A DNA stretch of 64,000 nt, from NCBI GenBank assembly GCA_000993205.1, contig LBVU01000002.1:117079-181078 (forward strand). Reading direction: 5' to 3'. Positions 19,620-29,948 of the stretch are shown here, one piece after another. The DNA comes from Candidatus Woesebacteria bacterium GW2011_GWB1_39_10. GTDB lineage: Bacteria > Patescibacteriota > Microgenomatia > UBA8517. A program made the position numbers and the translations under genes. The notes under the pieces are model-generated. The model was given only the letters and a program-made list of their open reading frames with translations. It was not told where the DNA came from and made no database searches. Within the stretch, counting starts at the first letter, position 1. Every line of letters starts with the position of its first letter.

Positions 19620-21062
19620 TTAATTCCCAAATATCTCTTCTGCAACCTTGATTATATCCTTATCCTTTCCTTCAGTCAAAATTGGTTCAATTTTTGTCTC
19701 TTCAATTATTTTTTTAGCCGGAGGCTCAACCAATGTACAAACGACTCTCGTGGGCGACTGTAAAACTCTGGCAACTATATTCTCTAAAACCTGTCTGTGC
19801 TGTGTATCTTCCAAGCGTTCTTTATGAAATTTGTAATAAACTCCCAAGGTCAGAGTTTTACCATCATAAGCCACTGGGCGAGCAGCCCGAAGTAACGCTT
19901 CGATTGAGGCATTTATTGGTTTTATTGAAGACAAAATAGTATTCCAAATCTCTCCTTCAACCTCCATATTTTCGACAGCCGCCTCAACTGTTTCTACAAC
20001 TTCCTCGACAGAAGTCTTGTCTCCCATGTCCCCACTCTTAGTTATCAGTTCTTCGTTCTTAGTTTCACCTCCACACCATTTTATTACGGCGATCTCGAGT
20101 GGTAATTCTTCGATAGGCGAGTCGGGTACTTGTCGGTTGGCCTCAATCAGGAGTTCTGCCAAAACTATCAGTTCGCGATTTTCTGAAATATCCAAGATAA
20201 TATTTTTGTGTATTTCAATTAGAGCCTGCTTAAGTATTCCTTCGGCACCCGCACCTGCCTCAACTGCGTTCTTAATGTAATTAAGGGCATTATGCAGATT
20301 TTTCTTGTATAGAAAACCGACAAACTCATCTACCCCCTGCGCTTTGCCTTTTTCCAAAAAATTATTACCTTCAACACTAACCTGCTCTAAAAGCTTTACC
20401 GCGTCCCTAAACGATCCGTTGGCGGCGCCGGCGATATCTTCCAAAGTTTTTGGATCAAAATCGAGTTTTTCCCCTTTAATCACACGTGTTAAAGATTGCC
20501 GGATTTCTTCAGAGCTTGCTTTCCTGAACCTGATAAATGTTGTCCTCGACCGGATTGTATCAATAAGTTTTTCCGGATTTGTTGTTGCTAAAATAAAAAC
20601 TACGTGTTCCGGGGGTTCCTCAATGGTTTTGAGAAGTGCATTACTGGCCTCAGTTGTTAACATGTGAGCCTCATCAATAATATATACTTTTTTATTCGCT
20701 TTTACCGGGGAGAGTTTGACGACGTCTCTTAGTGTTCTTACATCATCAATTCCACGGTGAGAAGCGGCATCCATTTCAATTACATCCAAATTATTACCTT
20801 TTGTTACGGAAACACATTGTTCACACTTATCACAAGGTTCATAGCTTTTCACTTTTAGCTTTTCACTTTTAGCTATCTCCTCACAGTTTATTATCTTTGC
20901 CATTATTCTCGCCGCGGAAGTTTTGCCTGTCCCTTTTGGCCCGGCGAATAAGAAAGCATGAGGAATTTTGCCCGAACTTACGATCTTTTTTAATGACTCA
21001 CGAACCTCAGGCAAGTCAAGTTCATCTAAATTATTTGAACGGTATTTTAGATAGAGAGTCAT
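19620..21062 (-). CDS. dnaX: DNA polymerase III subunit gamma/tau
   Basis: HAFLFAGPKGTGKT, EMDAAS, IIDEAHML, LLKTIEEPP. Confidence 0.96.
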   Translation of the reverse strand: MTLYLKYRSNNLDELDLPEVRESLKKIVSSGKIPHAFLFAGPKGTGKTSAARIMAKIINCEEIAKSEKLKVKSYEPCDKCEQCVSVTKGNNLDVIEMDAASHRGIDDVRTLRDVVKLSPVKANKKVYIIDEAHMLTTEASNALLKTIEEPPEHVVFILATTNPEKLIDTIRSRTTFIRFRKASSEEIRQSLTRVIKGEKLDFDPKTLEDIAGAANGSFRDAVKLLEQVSVEGNNFLEKGKAQGVDEFVGFLYKKNLHNALNYIKNAVEAGAGAEGILKQALIEIHKNIILDISENRELIVLAELLIEANRQVPDSPIEELPLEIAVIKWCGGETKNEELITKSGDMGDKTSVEEVVETVEAAVENMEVEGEIWNTILSSIKPINASIEALLRAARPVAYDGKTLTLGVYYKFHKERLEDTQHRQVLENIVARVLQSPTRVVCTLVEPPAKKIIEETKIEPILTEGKDKDIIKVAEEIFGN

Positions 21063-21172
21063 AAAACTAATTAAAAACTAATAACTTAGATCTAAAAATC
21101 ATAACTTAAATCTTAAAACTTTTGTTTTTTGTCTTTAGATAGGGTTATTAGTTATTAACTTTTAGATATTAA

Positions 21173-21562
21173 TTAATCATCTTCGTGGTGTATACCAAGA
21201 AGATGATTTGCTCCGTGTTCAGCCAGTTCGTAAACCCTTTCGTCGATTAAAATATTTTCTTCTTTTGCTTCCTTAAGCGCTTCGGGATAACAAATAATTA
21301 CCTCCCCAAGATGTATAGTTGCATCCGGGGGGTATACGAACCCTTTTACTTCAGTTGGAGTAAAGGAAAGAACATTGTGAAGTTTCCGATCTTTAAGATA
21401 TTTTTTGCCAATCTCCGACATTTTGGCCTCTCCCACAATGGCTACCGAAATTTCAGCGTCAGAAACTATACCATTTTTAGCCAAAAAATCGGCTAGTTTT
21501 TTCTTAATAACCGTTGCCTTAACGGGATAATTTGACTGTTTCGTAACGAAGACTCGAATCAT
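21173..21562 (-). CDS. ybeY: rRNA maturation RNase YbeY
   Basis: NVLSF, LGEVII, HGANHLLGIHH. Confidence 0.9.
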   Translation of the reverse strand: MIRVFVTKQSNYPVKATVIKKKLADFLAKNGIVSDAEISVAIVGEAKMSEIGKKYLKDRKLHNVLSFTPTEVKGFVYPPDATIHLGEVIICYPEALKEAKEENILIDERVYELAEHGANHLLGIHHEDD

Positions 21563-21996
21563 GATAATTTGTTTTTGACCAGTTCTGCAATTTTTCCTCC
21601 TTCAACACTTGGGGCCTTGGCCTTGACCGCCCCGATTACTTTTCCAAGGTCAGAAATTGTTTTAGCCCCCAACTGACTTATTGAATCACTGATTAGCTGA
21701 TTTAGCTCCTCCTCCCCCATCTCCGGAGGTAGAAATTCCTGAAGTATGGTTAGTTCCAATTTTTCCGATTCAACCAAATCGGACCTCCCCGCCTTTTCAT
21801 ATGCGTCGATGGAATCTTTTCTTTGTTTGGCCTGTTTACGAATTACGTTTAATTCTTCATTATCCGTTAAATCATGTTGTTTCGCGATTTTTTCATAGTT
21901 AAAAGAGCTAGAAAGCAGTTTAAGAGTCGAAAGCCGCACCGTATCGTGCGCCTTCATCGCGTCTGCTATTAATTTAGTAATATTTTCAGTCAGCAT
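21559..21996 (-). CDS. GatB/YqeY domain protein
   Basis: AMKA..RLSTL, KQRKDSI..Y..AGR, EFLP, GKVIG. Confidence 0.92.
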   Translation of the reverse strand: MLTENITKLIADAMKAHDTVRLSTLKLLSSSFNYEKIAKQHDLTDNEELNVIRKQAKQRKDSIDAYEKAGRSDLVESEKLELTILQEFLPPEMGEEELNQLISDSISQLGAKTISDLGKVIGAVKAKAPSVEGGKIAELVKNKLS

Positions 21997-22000
21997 TTTG

Positions 22001-22396
22001 TTATTTTGTAGCGGATTTTATTTTATCTGCAATTTCCGACATTTCCTCAGGTTTAAAACTTTTACGTCTCGAGGTGTTGATAAACGCCTCTTTTTCATAA
22101 ATAGGAACTACCCAAATGTGAGCATGACGGACATCCATTCCGTGAGTCAAAAATTCCACCATCGGAGCCCCCAACGCCTTCATCGCACCCATCGCCACAT
22201 TCCTGGCAACCTCCCAATACCCCCCAAAATTGGGAACATCCCATGTCCATCGAAAATGCTCCTTCGGAATCACTTGGATGTGTCCTTTATTAAGGGGTGA
22301 AATATCTAAAAAGGCCACAAAATCGGCATCTTCGTACACTTTGTACGAAGGAATCTCCCCATTAACAATTTTACAAAAAACACAGTCAGAATTCAT
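22001..22396 (-). CDS. HIT family hydrolase
   Basis: CVFCKIV, AFLDISP, HAHIW. Confidence 0.92.
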   Translation of the reverse strand: MNSDCVFCKIVNGEIPSYKVYEDADFVAFLDISPLNKGHIQVIPKEHFRWTWDVPNFGGYWEVARNVAMGAMKALGAPMVEFLTHGMDVRHAHIWVVPIYEKEAFINTSRRKSFKPEEMSEIADKIKSATK

Positions 22397-22503
22397 AGCC
22401 GAACCAGTATATCCATTTTCACGGAGTACAACAAGAGATCAAACTATCCCGATTACTTCAATACTATATAGTATTGAAGTATTTGAGCACAAATCTGAAT
22501 TAG

Positions 22504-23715
22504 TTATTCTTGAAGCCTTCGGGCCACTTCCTCAAAACTTAAAAGTTCAGATTTATCAGATGTTCTTTCCTTGTGTTCAATTTTATCACCAGTCTTGTCC
22601 GAAACCACAAGTCTAACCGGAATTCCAATTAAATCGATATCTCCAAATTTTTCCCCAGCAGAGACATCTCTATCATCCCACAACACATCAAATCCCATCT
22701 GTTTTAATTTATCATAAATTTTTTCAGCTTTTCCTTCTCCGCTATCGCTTTTTAACTCAACCAGATGAACATCGTATGGCGCAATTTGTTTACTCCAAAT
22801 AATCCCTTTATCATCATGCGAAACTTCCACCCATGTTCCCATTACACGAGTCGGGCCAATTCCGTAGCTTCCAAACCAGATTGGCTTCTTGCCACCGTCA
22901 CGGTCTGTAAAGTACGCCCTCATTCTTTCCGAATAAAAAGTTCCAAGAGGAAAAATATTTCCGACTTCAATAGACTTTGCGCTTTTGTATTCCGCTTTAT
23001 CCCCCTCCATCACTTCTTCATTAACGGCCTCTTCGTCCCCTTCTTTCCAATAAATTGTATCCTCACCAACGTCACTTAGAACCTGAAATTCGTGGGTAAA
23101 TTTATCTGTAAATACCCCACCCGACGCTTTGGCAATTTTAAAATTGAAGCCCAAGCGGGTAAAAATCTTAGAATAAGCTACTTTAACTTTTTCGTAATAT
23201 TCCATTAAATCCACTTCATTTGCATGAGCGGAGTACAAATCTTTCATCATGAATTCCCTACCCCTTAAAATTCCGCTTTTGGCGCGTAGCTCGTTTCTAA
23301 ACTTAGTTGAGAAGTGGTAAATAGAAACAGGAAGATCTTTATAGCTACTTATGGTTTTCCTCAAAAGATCCATAACTATTTCTTCGTGAGTAAAAGAGAG
23401 GGCGTATTCTTTGTCTCTTGAATCTTTAAGCTTATACATTATTTCGTCTGCCTTATCCCACCTTCCTGTTTCGTTCCAAATAGTTTTTGGGTGAAGTAGC
23501 GGCATGAGCATCTCCTGCCCCCCGACAGCATTAATTTCTTCCCTGATTATTTGGTTAATTTTTTGCACAACCTTAAAACCCATCGGAAGAAGTGTCCAAC
23601 TACCCGCCATAAGTTGATCCATAAACCCTGCACGAACCAGGAGTTTATGATTAATGCTTTCCGCGTCCTTTGGCGCTTCTTTTTTAGTTTTTGGGAAAAG
23701 TTGAGATTGCCTCAC
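22504..23715 (-). CDS. proS: Proline--tRNA ligase (short form without editing domain)
   Basis: LLVRAG, THEE, KFRNELR, GREFMMKDLYS, SYGIG. Confidence 0.95.
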   Translation of the reverse strand: MRQSQLFPKTKKEAPKDAESINHKLLVRAGFMDQLMAGSWTLLPMGFKVVQKINQIIREEINAVGGQEMLMPLLHPKTIWNETGRWDKADEIMYKLKDSRDKEYALSFTHEEIVMDLLRKTISSYKDLPVSIYHFSTKFRNELRAKSGILRGREFMMKDLYSAHANEVDLMEYYEKVKVAYSKIFTRLGFNFKIAKASGGVFTDKFTHEFQVLSDVGEDTIYWKEGDEEAVNEEVMEGDKAEYKSAKSIEVGNIFPLGTFYSERMRAYFTDRDGGKKPIWFGSYGIGPTRVMGTWVEVSHDDKGIIWSKQIAPYDVHLVELKSDSGEGKAEKIYDKLKQMGFDVLWDDRDVSAGEKFGDIDLIGIPVRLVVSDKTGDKIEHKERTSDKSELLSFEEVARRLQE

Positions 23716-23735
23716 AGGAGTTATTTTACTATATA

Positions 23736-24824
23736 TTACTTAACAATGCTTTTCAGGAATCCGTCTATACTTCCTGCTATCACCAGCCTCCGAATATCTC
23801 CTACCGTGATTAAAAGAATAAGTGCTAAAAGAATTATCATTCCGATTGTATGAACTATTGCCTCCACCTTAGGGATAATTTTTTTACCGATGATCGTTTC
23901 TATCACGATAAACAGCAGACGCCCGCCATCCAACGCCGGAAAAGGAAGAATGTTTAAAATGGCCAAATTTACGGACAAAACTCCGACAAAATTAATTAAC
24001 GTTATGATTCCATTTTTTGCAGCCTCGGTTGTCACTGCAAATATCCCTACCGGCCCGCTAACGTCCGTCGGGACGTCTCCTTGCCATAAGCCATAAGCCA
24101 TATGCCATAAACCAGACAGTATTGTTCGTCCCCAGAAAAACGCGTCTTTAAATCCGTAATAAATTCCGTAAAAAGGTCTCTGCCAAACAGGTGGAAAATA
24201 AATTTCAGTTGAGGTGATGGTTACACCTAAAGGCCCCTCTCCGGCAGGCGGACTAACCCTTGGGGTTACGGTAATCTTACCTTTTTCGGTCTCAATAATA
24301 ACTTTTTGCCCTTTTTTGGCATCAACATTTTTTATAAAGCTATTAACATCGGTTACATCTTTTCCGTCAACTTTATTGATAACATCCCCCACAACCAGAC
24401 CGGACGAAATCGCCGGAGAATTTGCGGAAATATCTACTACTTTTATTTGATGGGTGTCTTTTGGAATTCCGGTAAATGAGTAAACTATAGCAAAAGCAAC
24501 AACGGCCAAAGCGAAATTCATGATGACTCCGGCAACAACAACGGAAGTTCTCACACTTTTGCTTTTATTAAGAAAGGCGCGTTTGGGATCGGTAATTCCA
24601 CCTTCCTCTTGTTCGCCATGAAGGCGGACAAATCCACCGAAAGGAAGAGCGTTTACAGAATAAATTGTTTCCCCTATTTTTTTGCCAAATAAACGGGGGG
24701 GGAGTCCAAAACCAAATTCCTCGACCCAAATTCCGGCACGCCTGGCCATTACAAAATGGCCAAGTTCATGAACTAAGATTAGGACTGAGAGGACAAGGAG
24801 AAAAATTAATATCGAAACAAGCAT
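23736..24824 (-). CDS. rseP: RIP metalloprotease RseP (M50 + PDZ)
   Basis: HELGH, PFGGFVRL, NILPFPALDGG. Confidence 0.93.
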   Translation of the reverse strand: MLVSILIFLLVLSVLILVHELGHFVMARRAGIWVEEFGFGLPPRLFGKKIGETIYSVNALPFGGFVRLHGEQEEGGITDPKRAFLNKSKSVRTSVVVAGVIMNFALAVVAFAIVYSFTGIPKDTHQIKVVDISANSPAISSGLVVGDVINKVDGKDVTDVNSFIKNVDAKKGQKVIIETEKGKITVTPRVSPPAGEGPLGVTITSTEIYFPPVWQRPFYGIYYGFKDAFFWGRTILSGLWHMAYGLWQGDVPTDVSGPVGIFAVTTEAAKNGIITLINFVGVLSVNLAILNILPFPALDGGRLLFIVIETIIGKKIIPKVEAIVHTIGMIILLALILLITVGDIRRLVIAGSIDGFLKSIVK

Positions 24825-24914
24825 GAATAAAAGTATATCGTATATTGAATATCGTATGAAGGGTTAAAAACGTTGGATCGCGCTTCGACCTGCCTGAAGT
24901 GGATTTTGTGTAAA

Positions 24915-26405
24915 CTAAGGATAAAAATCAGATTTTTTAGCACCTCTAGGGTAAGAGGATGTGTCAAATCTGACCTTGTTGACTACAAAATCCCTATTTA
25001 AAACCTTACCATTGAATGTCAATTTGCCCAATATACTTTTTGCTATAGCATCTGTGGTTCCAGCGTAAATATATGCCCCACCCTCGCCACCAAAACGAAT
25101 ACCGTTAGGTTTATCCGAGTTTTTTGTCTGGAAAAGTTCAGCACCATCAAATATTCTGCAAAAATCTTCAAGAGTGAGGGAAGCACTTTTTACTTCGTTA
25201 GGTGTTCCGCTACTTTCAGATATTCCCACTGAGTCAACTAATCCTCGTTGGATGCCAAATGCCCATTCAAAAACCTTTCCCGATTTGGCAATCCGCACAA
25301 ACCTGACGGCCTCTCTAACCACAGCCGGAGAACTTTTTTCCAACTCGTCCTCGTTAATTTTTAGTCCACAACCCTCACTCTTTTTCTCTTTTTTCTCCTG
25401 CTTGGGTCTTTGCCTGTGTTCAACTGCAAAACTTTGACCCCTAAAGACCTCTGTTCCAATTTTTAGATGCTTAAGAACATCCATAACTGCCTCACGATCA
25501 TCGGCAGATTTAGGTCGAGCTATTTGTAAATTAATTCCTGCTTTTCGTAAAACATAATTAAAATCGTCAACATTCACAGAAAGCTGTGTTGGTCTTTTTG
25601 CTTGCTCCTTCCTTCTACCCAATTGATAAGAATACTTTTGAGTAAAATCTTCTGACATTGCTTTTAACGGCCTTGGGGGTTCTGCAATTTTATCACTAAC
25701 AAAAACTATTCTGTCATCTTCGGGTCTACTGGCAATGATATAACCCACTCCGGCGTTGGGGTCATCCCAAACACGCCTCAGTTCCAAATAATGGTCACTA
25801 ATTGGATTGCCCTCATCAACAAATGGTTGCCTATCGGTGCGCGAGGCTGGTTGACGGGAAAGCATAGAGGGGGTTCTTACTTCGGCTGTTTTTTTATTTG
25901 CCCACCAACGTCCACCACTTACATTACTTAATTTTGAAAAATCTAATGTATAATTCCCATCACTGTCGGGTCCTACTCCATCGACCTCAGCATTCCCATT
26001 TTTTTCTTCTAAATCTTGCCCATCCAACCATTTTGAAAACTCCGCTTTAAGCTCTTCTTCGTCTACATCTTCATACGGAATTAAACCCACAGGTTTTCCT
26101 CTTTCATCTAAAGGGAGTGAATAACCATTTGCGGGAACAAACTCGTTAACATAACGAGCGCGAAGCTCCGGGTCTACTTCACCTGGCCGGTCAAAAAGCA
26201 TGTCTACTGCATCGGTCTTGCCCATGTCACCAATATATTTCTTCTTATCGGGGTTTCCGTGCGGCCAAGCATTACTACCCTTCTCGTACATTTCTTCCAA
26301 TTCTTCTGGTTCTTTTACCGTATCTATACTACCTTTCACACCACTTTCCAGCAACACATCGTAAGCACTACCTGAAGGATACGGATGAAACGGTCTGTCT
26401 GCCAT
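24915..26405 (-). CDS. Hypothetical protein
   Basis: 496-aa ORF; no motif recognised. Confidence 0.75.
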   Translation of the reverse strand: MADRPFHPYPSGSAYDVLLESGVKGSIDTVKEPEELEEMYEKGSNAWPHGNPDKKKYIGDMGKTDAVDMLFDRPGEVDPELRARYVNEFVPANGYSLPLDERGKPVGLIPYEDVDEEELKAEFSKWLDGQDLEEKNGNAEVDGVGPDSDGNYTLDFSKLSNVSGGRWWANKKTAEVRTPSMLSRQPASRTDRQPFVDEGNPISDHYLELRRVWDDPNAGVGYIIASRPEDDRIVFVSDKIAEPPRPLKAMSEDFTQKYSYQLGRRKEQAKRPTQLSVNVDDFNYVLRKAGINLQIARPKSADDREAVMDVLKHLKIGTEVFRGQSFAVEHRQRPKQEKKEKKSEGCGLKINEDELEKSSPAVVREAVRFVRIAKSGKVFEWAFGIQRGLVDSVGISESSGTPNEVKSASLTLEDFCRIFDGAELFQTKNSDKPNGIRFGGEGGAYIYAGTTDAIAKSILGKLTFNGKVLNRDFVVNKVRFDTSSYPRGAKKSDFYP

Positions 26406-26450
26406 AACTTAAATATAGTCTACTTGGAAACTATTAATCAAGAGGTTAAT

Positions 26451-27005
26451 TTATATTTGGAGCAACTCAGCTTTTTTCTTTTCCCCCATCTCCTCTATTT
26501 TTGCAATAAAGGAATCTGTTATTTCCTGAAGTTTCTTTTCACTGCCAAACTTTTCATCCTCTGTAATTTCCTTTTCCTCAAATTTCTTTTTAATTTCGTG
26601 CATTTCGTCGGCGCGGACTTGCCTGATCATTACCTTGCCGTTTTCTAATTTAACGGAAAGGAGTTTTACATATTTTTCCCGGTCTTCAGTTGTTAAGGGC
26701 TGTATGACTATTCGAAGAATTTCCCCGTCGATAGAAGGATTCATACCTATGTTTGCCTCTAATATTCCCTTACGGATATCCCCGATTATGGACTTATCCC
26801 AAGGGTTAATTACAATAGAAGTTGGGTCGGGTGAGGTAATACTGGCCACCTCCATTACTCTAAGGCGTTGTGTTCCACCGTATGCAGGAACAATAATATT
26901 TTCTACAAGGGATGGTGTTGCGCGGCCAGTACGGACACCGGCAATATCCGAGGCAATAGAGTCCACCGATCCTTGCATCTTGTCTCTTATTGAAGATTCA
27001 TCCAT
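26451..27005 (-). CDS. frr: Ribosome recycling factor
   Basis: VRTGRATP, PWDKS, LTTEDRE. Confidence 0.96.
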   Translation of the reverse strand: MDESSIRDKMQGSVDSIASDIAGVRTGRATPSLVENIIVPAYGGTQRLRVMEVASITSPDPTSIVINPWDKSIIGDIRKGILEANIGMNPSIDGEILRIVIQPLTTEDREKYVKLLSVKLENGKVMIRQVRADEMHEIKKKFEEKEITEDEKFGSEKKLQEITDSFIAKIEEMGEKKKAELLQI

Positions 27006-27084
27006 TTAATAAATTCCCAATTATTCTAATTGATCTAATTATTTTAATCAAATCCCAATTAGAAATTAGGTTAATTAGAGCAAT

Positions 27085-27537
27085 TTATCGGCCAAGCTCT
27101 ATCCGATAGACACGGCCGATTTTGATATTTTCTCCGGTCTTGGCAATAACTTCTTTAACAAGATCCGAAATTTTCTTTGACGGGTCTTTTATAAAATCCT
27201 GTTTTTCTAAATCGGCTTCCCCCATTGAAGCGGCCTGCATGGCGATTTCGCGGCCCAGGTTTTCAAAAAGCTCGTTTTTGGCAACAAAATCAGTCTCACA
27301 AAGAAGTTCGACTACTCCGACGACTTTTCCTGTGTGGTGGGTGTAAACAAAAATCTTTCCTTGTGAAGTGGCTCTTCCTTCTCTTTTTTCTGCTTTGGCC
27401 AATCCTTCTTTCTTGAGAATTACCAAAGCTTCCTTCTCATTACCTTTTACATCCTCCAAAACTTCGCGGATACGAATAAAAGCAACCCCTGTTTCTTCAC
27501 GAAGTTTTTTGATAAGTTCTATGTTGATTTTAGACAT
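27085..27537 (-). CDS. tsf: Elongation factor Ts (short form)
   Basis: IKKLREETG, ELLCETDFVA, GENIKI. Confidence 0.94.
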   Translation of the reverse strand: MSKINIELIKKLREETGVAFIRIREVLEDVKGNEKEALVILKKEGLAKAEKREGRATSQGKIFVYTHHTGKVVGVVELLCETDFVAKNELFENLGREIAMQAASMGEADLEKQDFIKDPSKKISDLVKEVIAKTGENIKIGRVYRIELGR

Positions 27538-27629
27538 CTTGGTAATTAATAACTGAGAATTAATATCTAATAACTCGAATTAAAAACTTAAAGCAATCTC
27601 GGTTTTTAGATTTAAGATATGGTTATTAG

Positions 27630-28337
27630 TTATTGGTTATTAGTTTTTAATTTGGACTTACCCTCTAAAATTGCCTCCTTCACCAAACCAAGTACATATT
27701 CCAGCGCTTTGCTTGCATCATCATTCATAGGAATTGGGTAATCAATTGCATCCGGATCGGAGTTGCTATCGACTATACCAACGACGGTCACATGCCCCGC
27801 GTTTGCTTCCCTTACCGCCGATGCTTCTCTTTTTGTGTCAATAACAAAGAGCACGTCCGGAACTTTTTCCAGAGTTTCGACTCCCCCAAAAAATCTTTCA
27901 AGTCTGGTTATTTCGCGGTCAATTAAAAGCCTCTCTTTTTTTGTAAATTTAGCGTAACCACCCGAGGCCATATTTTCCCTCATCTCTTCCATTTTTTTAA
28001 GTGACTTTTTGATTTGACCAAAATTCGAAACTGTTCCACCCAACCATCTTTCGTTAACATATGGCACCCCGATTTCTTCCGCAACTTCCTTTACCTTTTC
28101 CTTGATTTGTTTTTTTGTTCCCAAAAGAAGTATTGTTTTGCCTTCTTTGGCAGATTTTGTTAGAAATTCCAAAGCTTCTTCGATAAGGGGTTTGGTTTTG
28201 GTTAAATCGAAAATATGAACTCCGTTTTCCGAGCCATAGATATACTCCTCCATTTTGGGGTTCCAACGTTTGGTTTGATGCCCAAAATGGGCACCTGCAT
28301 CCAATAAATCTTCGAGTGAAACTTTAAGTTTATTCAT
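27630..28337 (-). CDS. rpsB: 30S ribosomal protein S2
   Basis: AGAHFGH, WNPKM, RWLGG, PMNDDA; start moved to MNKLKV. Confidence 0.97.
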   Translation of the reverse strand: MNKLKVSLEDLLDAGAHFGHQTKRWNPKMEEYIYGSENGVHIFDLTKTKPLIEEALEFLTKSAKEGKTILLLGTKKQIKEKVKEVAEEIGVPYVNERWLGGTVSNFGQIKKSLKKMEEMRENMASGGYAKFTKKERLLIDREITRLERFFGGVETLEKVPDVLFVIDTKREASAVREANAGHVTVVGIVDSNSDPDAIDYPIPMNDDASKALEYVLGLVKEAILEGKSKLKTNNQ

Positions 28338-28479
28338 AATGTCATTCTGGAGCGCTTTGCGCGATATGCTAAGCATTCGCTGCGCGATAGAATCCCAGAC
28401 ATTCCGTTTCCTTTGTCCGCCGCAGATCGGAAGTAATCCAGGAAACCTGACCTGCGTGTGAGACTGTAGTATAAGACAA

Positions 28480-29010
28480 CTAACCGAGCTTGACAAGAGC
28501 AAGCTTGTTTATCTTGATATTCTCCAACGCGCTTTTGGCTGCGGCGCGGGCAAGATGAATTGCGACTCTCCCGTCGCTTACGGCATTTTTATTGCCCACC
28601 TTGGAAACTCTATAACCAAGCTCTTCAAGTTCATGGGAAAGCTTCCTAACTTCCATCGGAACCTCGATTGCATATTTTAGCGTCTTTTTTATGTTTTCTT
28701 TTCTACTTGTACCTGTAATACTTGTATCACTTTTTGCTTTATAAGCTTCCATAACCTTTTGGTATGCTTTTGCGTCGTCTTCTGCAAGAACCGATAGGCG
28801 TTTTTTGATTTCTCCCGTGTCCTTGGCAATCTTTAAAAGGATTTTTTCTTTATCTTCATAACCCTTCTTGCCGATAGTGAGATTTACCACCATTTCGATT
28901 AAGGATGCCGCAAAGCTTGCCGCAAGTGCCGCAACAACTCCGCCACCGGGAGTCGGATTCTTGCTACTCAATTCTCTTTGAAATTCTTCGATTGTTTGTT
29001 TGTTTAACAT
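28480..29010 (-). CDS. Formiminotetrahydrofolate cyclodeaminase family protein
   Basis: PTPGGG, EMVVNLTIGKK, GNKNAVSD. Confidence 0.9.
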   Translation of the reverse strand: MLNKQTIEEFQRELSSKNPTPGGGVVAALAASFAASLIEMVVNLTIGKKGYEDKEKILLKIAKDTGEIKKRLSVLAEDDAKAYQKVMEAYKAKSDTSITGTSRKENIKKTLKYAIEVPMEVRKLSHELEELGYRVSKVGNKNAVSDGRVAIHLARAAAKSALENIKINKLALVKLG

Positions 29011-29051
29011 ATTTAGCTTCGAATACTACAATACTATATAGTATTGTAGTG

Positions 29052-29930
29052 CTATTCATATAACTTTTTTTCAAGAATTTGATCTGATTTAAAGTTATCG
29101 GCTTGAAATGTTGATTTAATCGCCGCAACAAGCGATTCCAGCGGAATCATACCATAAATTTCCGAGCTTTTAATTTTAATTCCCAATTTATTTGCTTCCG
29201 TTTCAATTGCACGATATACCTTATCAAAATTCGTAACCTCAAAATCCACCAAATTCATTGAAACCTGAGCAAATCCGTCTACCTCAAAACCCAAAGCTTT
29301 TACAGCTTTAAAACCGCCATCTTTTTCTCTAATTTTTTTGGCAATGTCTTTTGCGATTTGAGCATCGGGTGTATCGAGATTCACATTATATGCCACCAAA
29401 TACTTTCTGGCCCCAATCACCATGGCGCCAGCTGTAGGATGGACTTTATCAGGACCGTAGTCCGGAGTTTTCATTTTTACTCTTAGACTCTCCAGCTCCC
29501 CCGCTCTAACATCAGCCAAATTTTTATTTTCCGGTTTTGTTGCAGCTTCCTCGTACAAAAAGACCGGGATCCCAAGTTCTTCACCAACTTTTTTGCCCAA
29601 TTTATTGGACAATTCCACACATTCTTCCATGGATACTCCCGAAACAGGGACAAAAGGAACAACATCTGTTGCCCCAATTCTGGGGTGCTCACCAACGTGT
29701 TTATTCATGTCAATTAGTTTTGTAGCGGTTTTAATTGATTCAAAAACAGAATTCATTACTGCTTCCGGCTCTCCGACTATTGTAAATAGCATGCGATTGT
29801 GTGAGGCATTAAATTCAAGTTCAAAAACTTTAACTGATTTGATAGATTTGGCTGATTCGAAAATGGCATCAATAATTTTTTTGTCTTTCCCCTCGCTGAA
29901 GTTTGGAACGCATTCTACAATTTTTTGCAT
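29052..29930 (-). CDS. ftcD: Glutamate formimidoyltransferase
   Basis: ECVPNFSEG, HPRIGATDVVPFVP, QVSMNL. Confidence 0.95.
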   Translation of the reverse strand: MQKIVECVPNFSEGKDKKIIDAIFESAKSIKSVKVFELEFNASHNRMLFTIVGEPEAVMNSVFESIKTATKLIDMNKHVGEHPRIGATDVVPFVPVSGVSMEECVELSNKLGKKVGEELGIPVFLYEEAATKPENKNLADVRAGELESLRVKMKTPDYGPDKVHPTAGAMVIGARKYLVAYNVNLDTPDAQIAKDIAKKIREKDGGFKAVKALGFEVDGFAQVSMNLVDFEVTNFDKVYRAIETEANKLGIKIKSSEIYGMIPLESLVAAIKSTFQADNFKSDQILEKKLYE

Positions 29931-29948
29931 TTCAAGGATATTATAACA

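Noticed and set aside
27085-27537. Short EF-Ts as a truncation or novelty
   Set aside because: Short EF-Ts forms are established in several bacterial lineages; the motifs are intact.
28338-28502. N-terminal extension of rpsB in the ORF track
   Set aside because: Covers the leader and a REP-like element; S2 similarity starts at MNKLKV.
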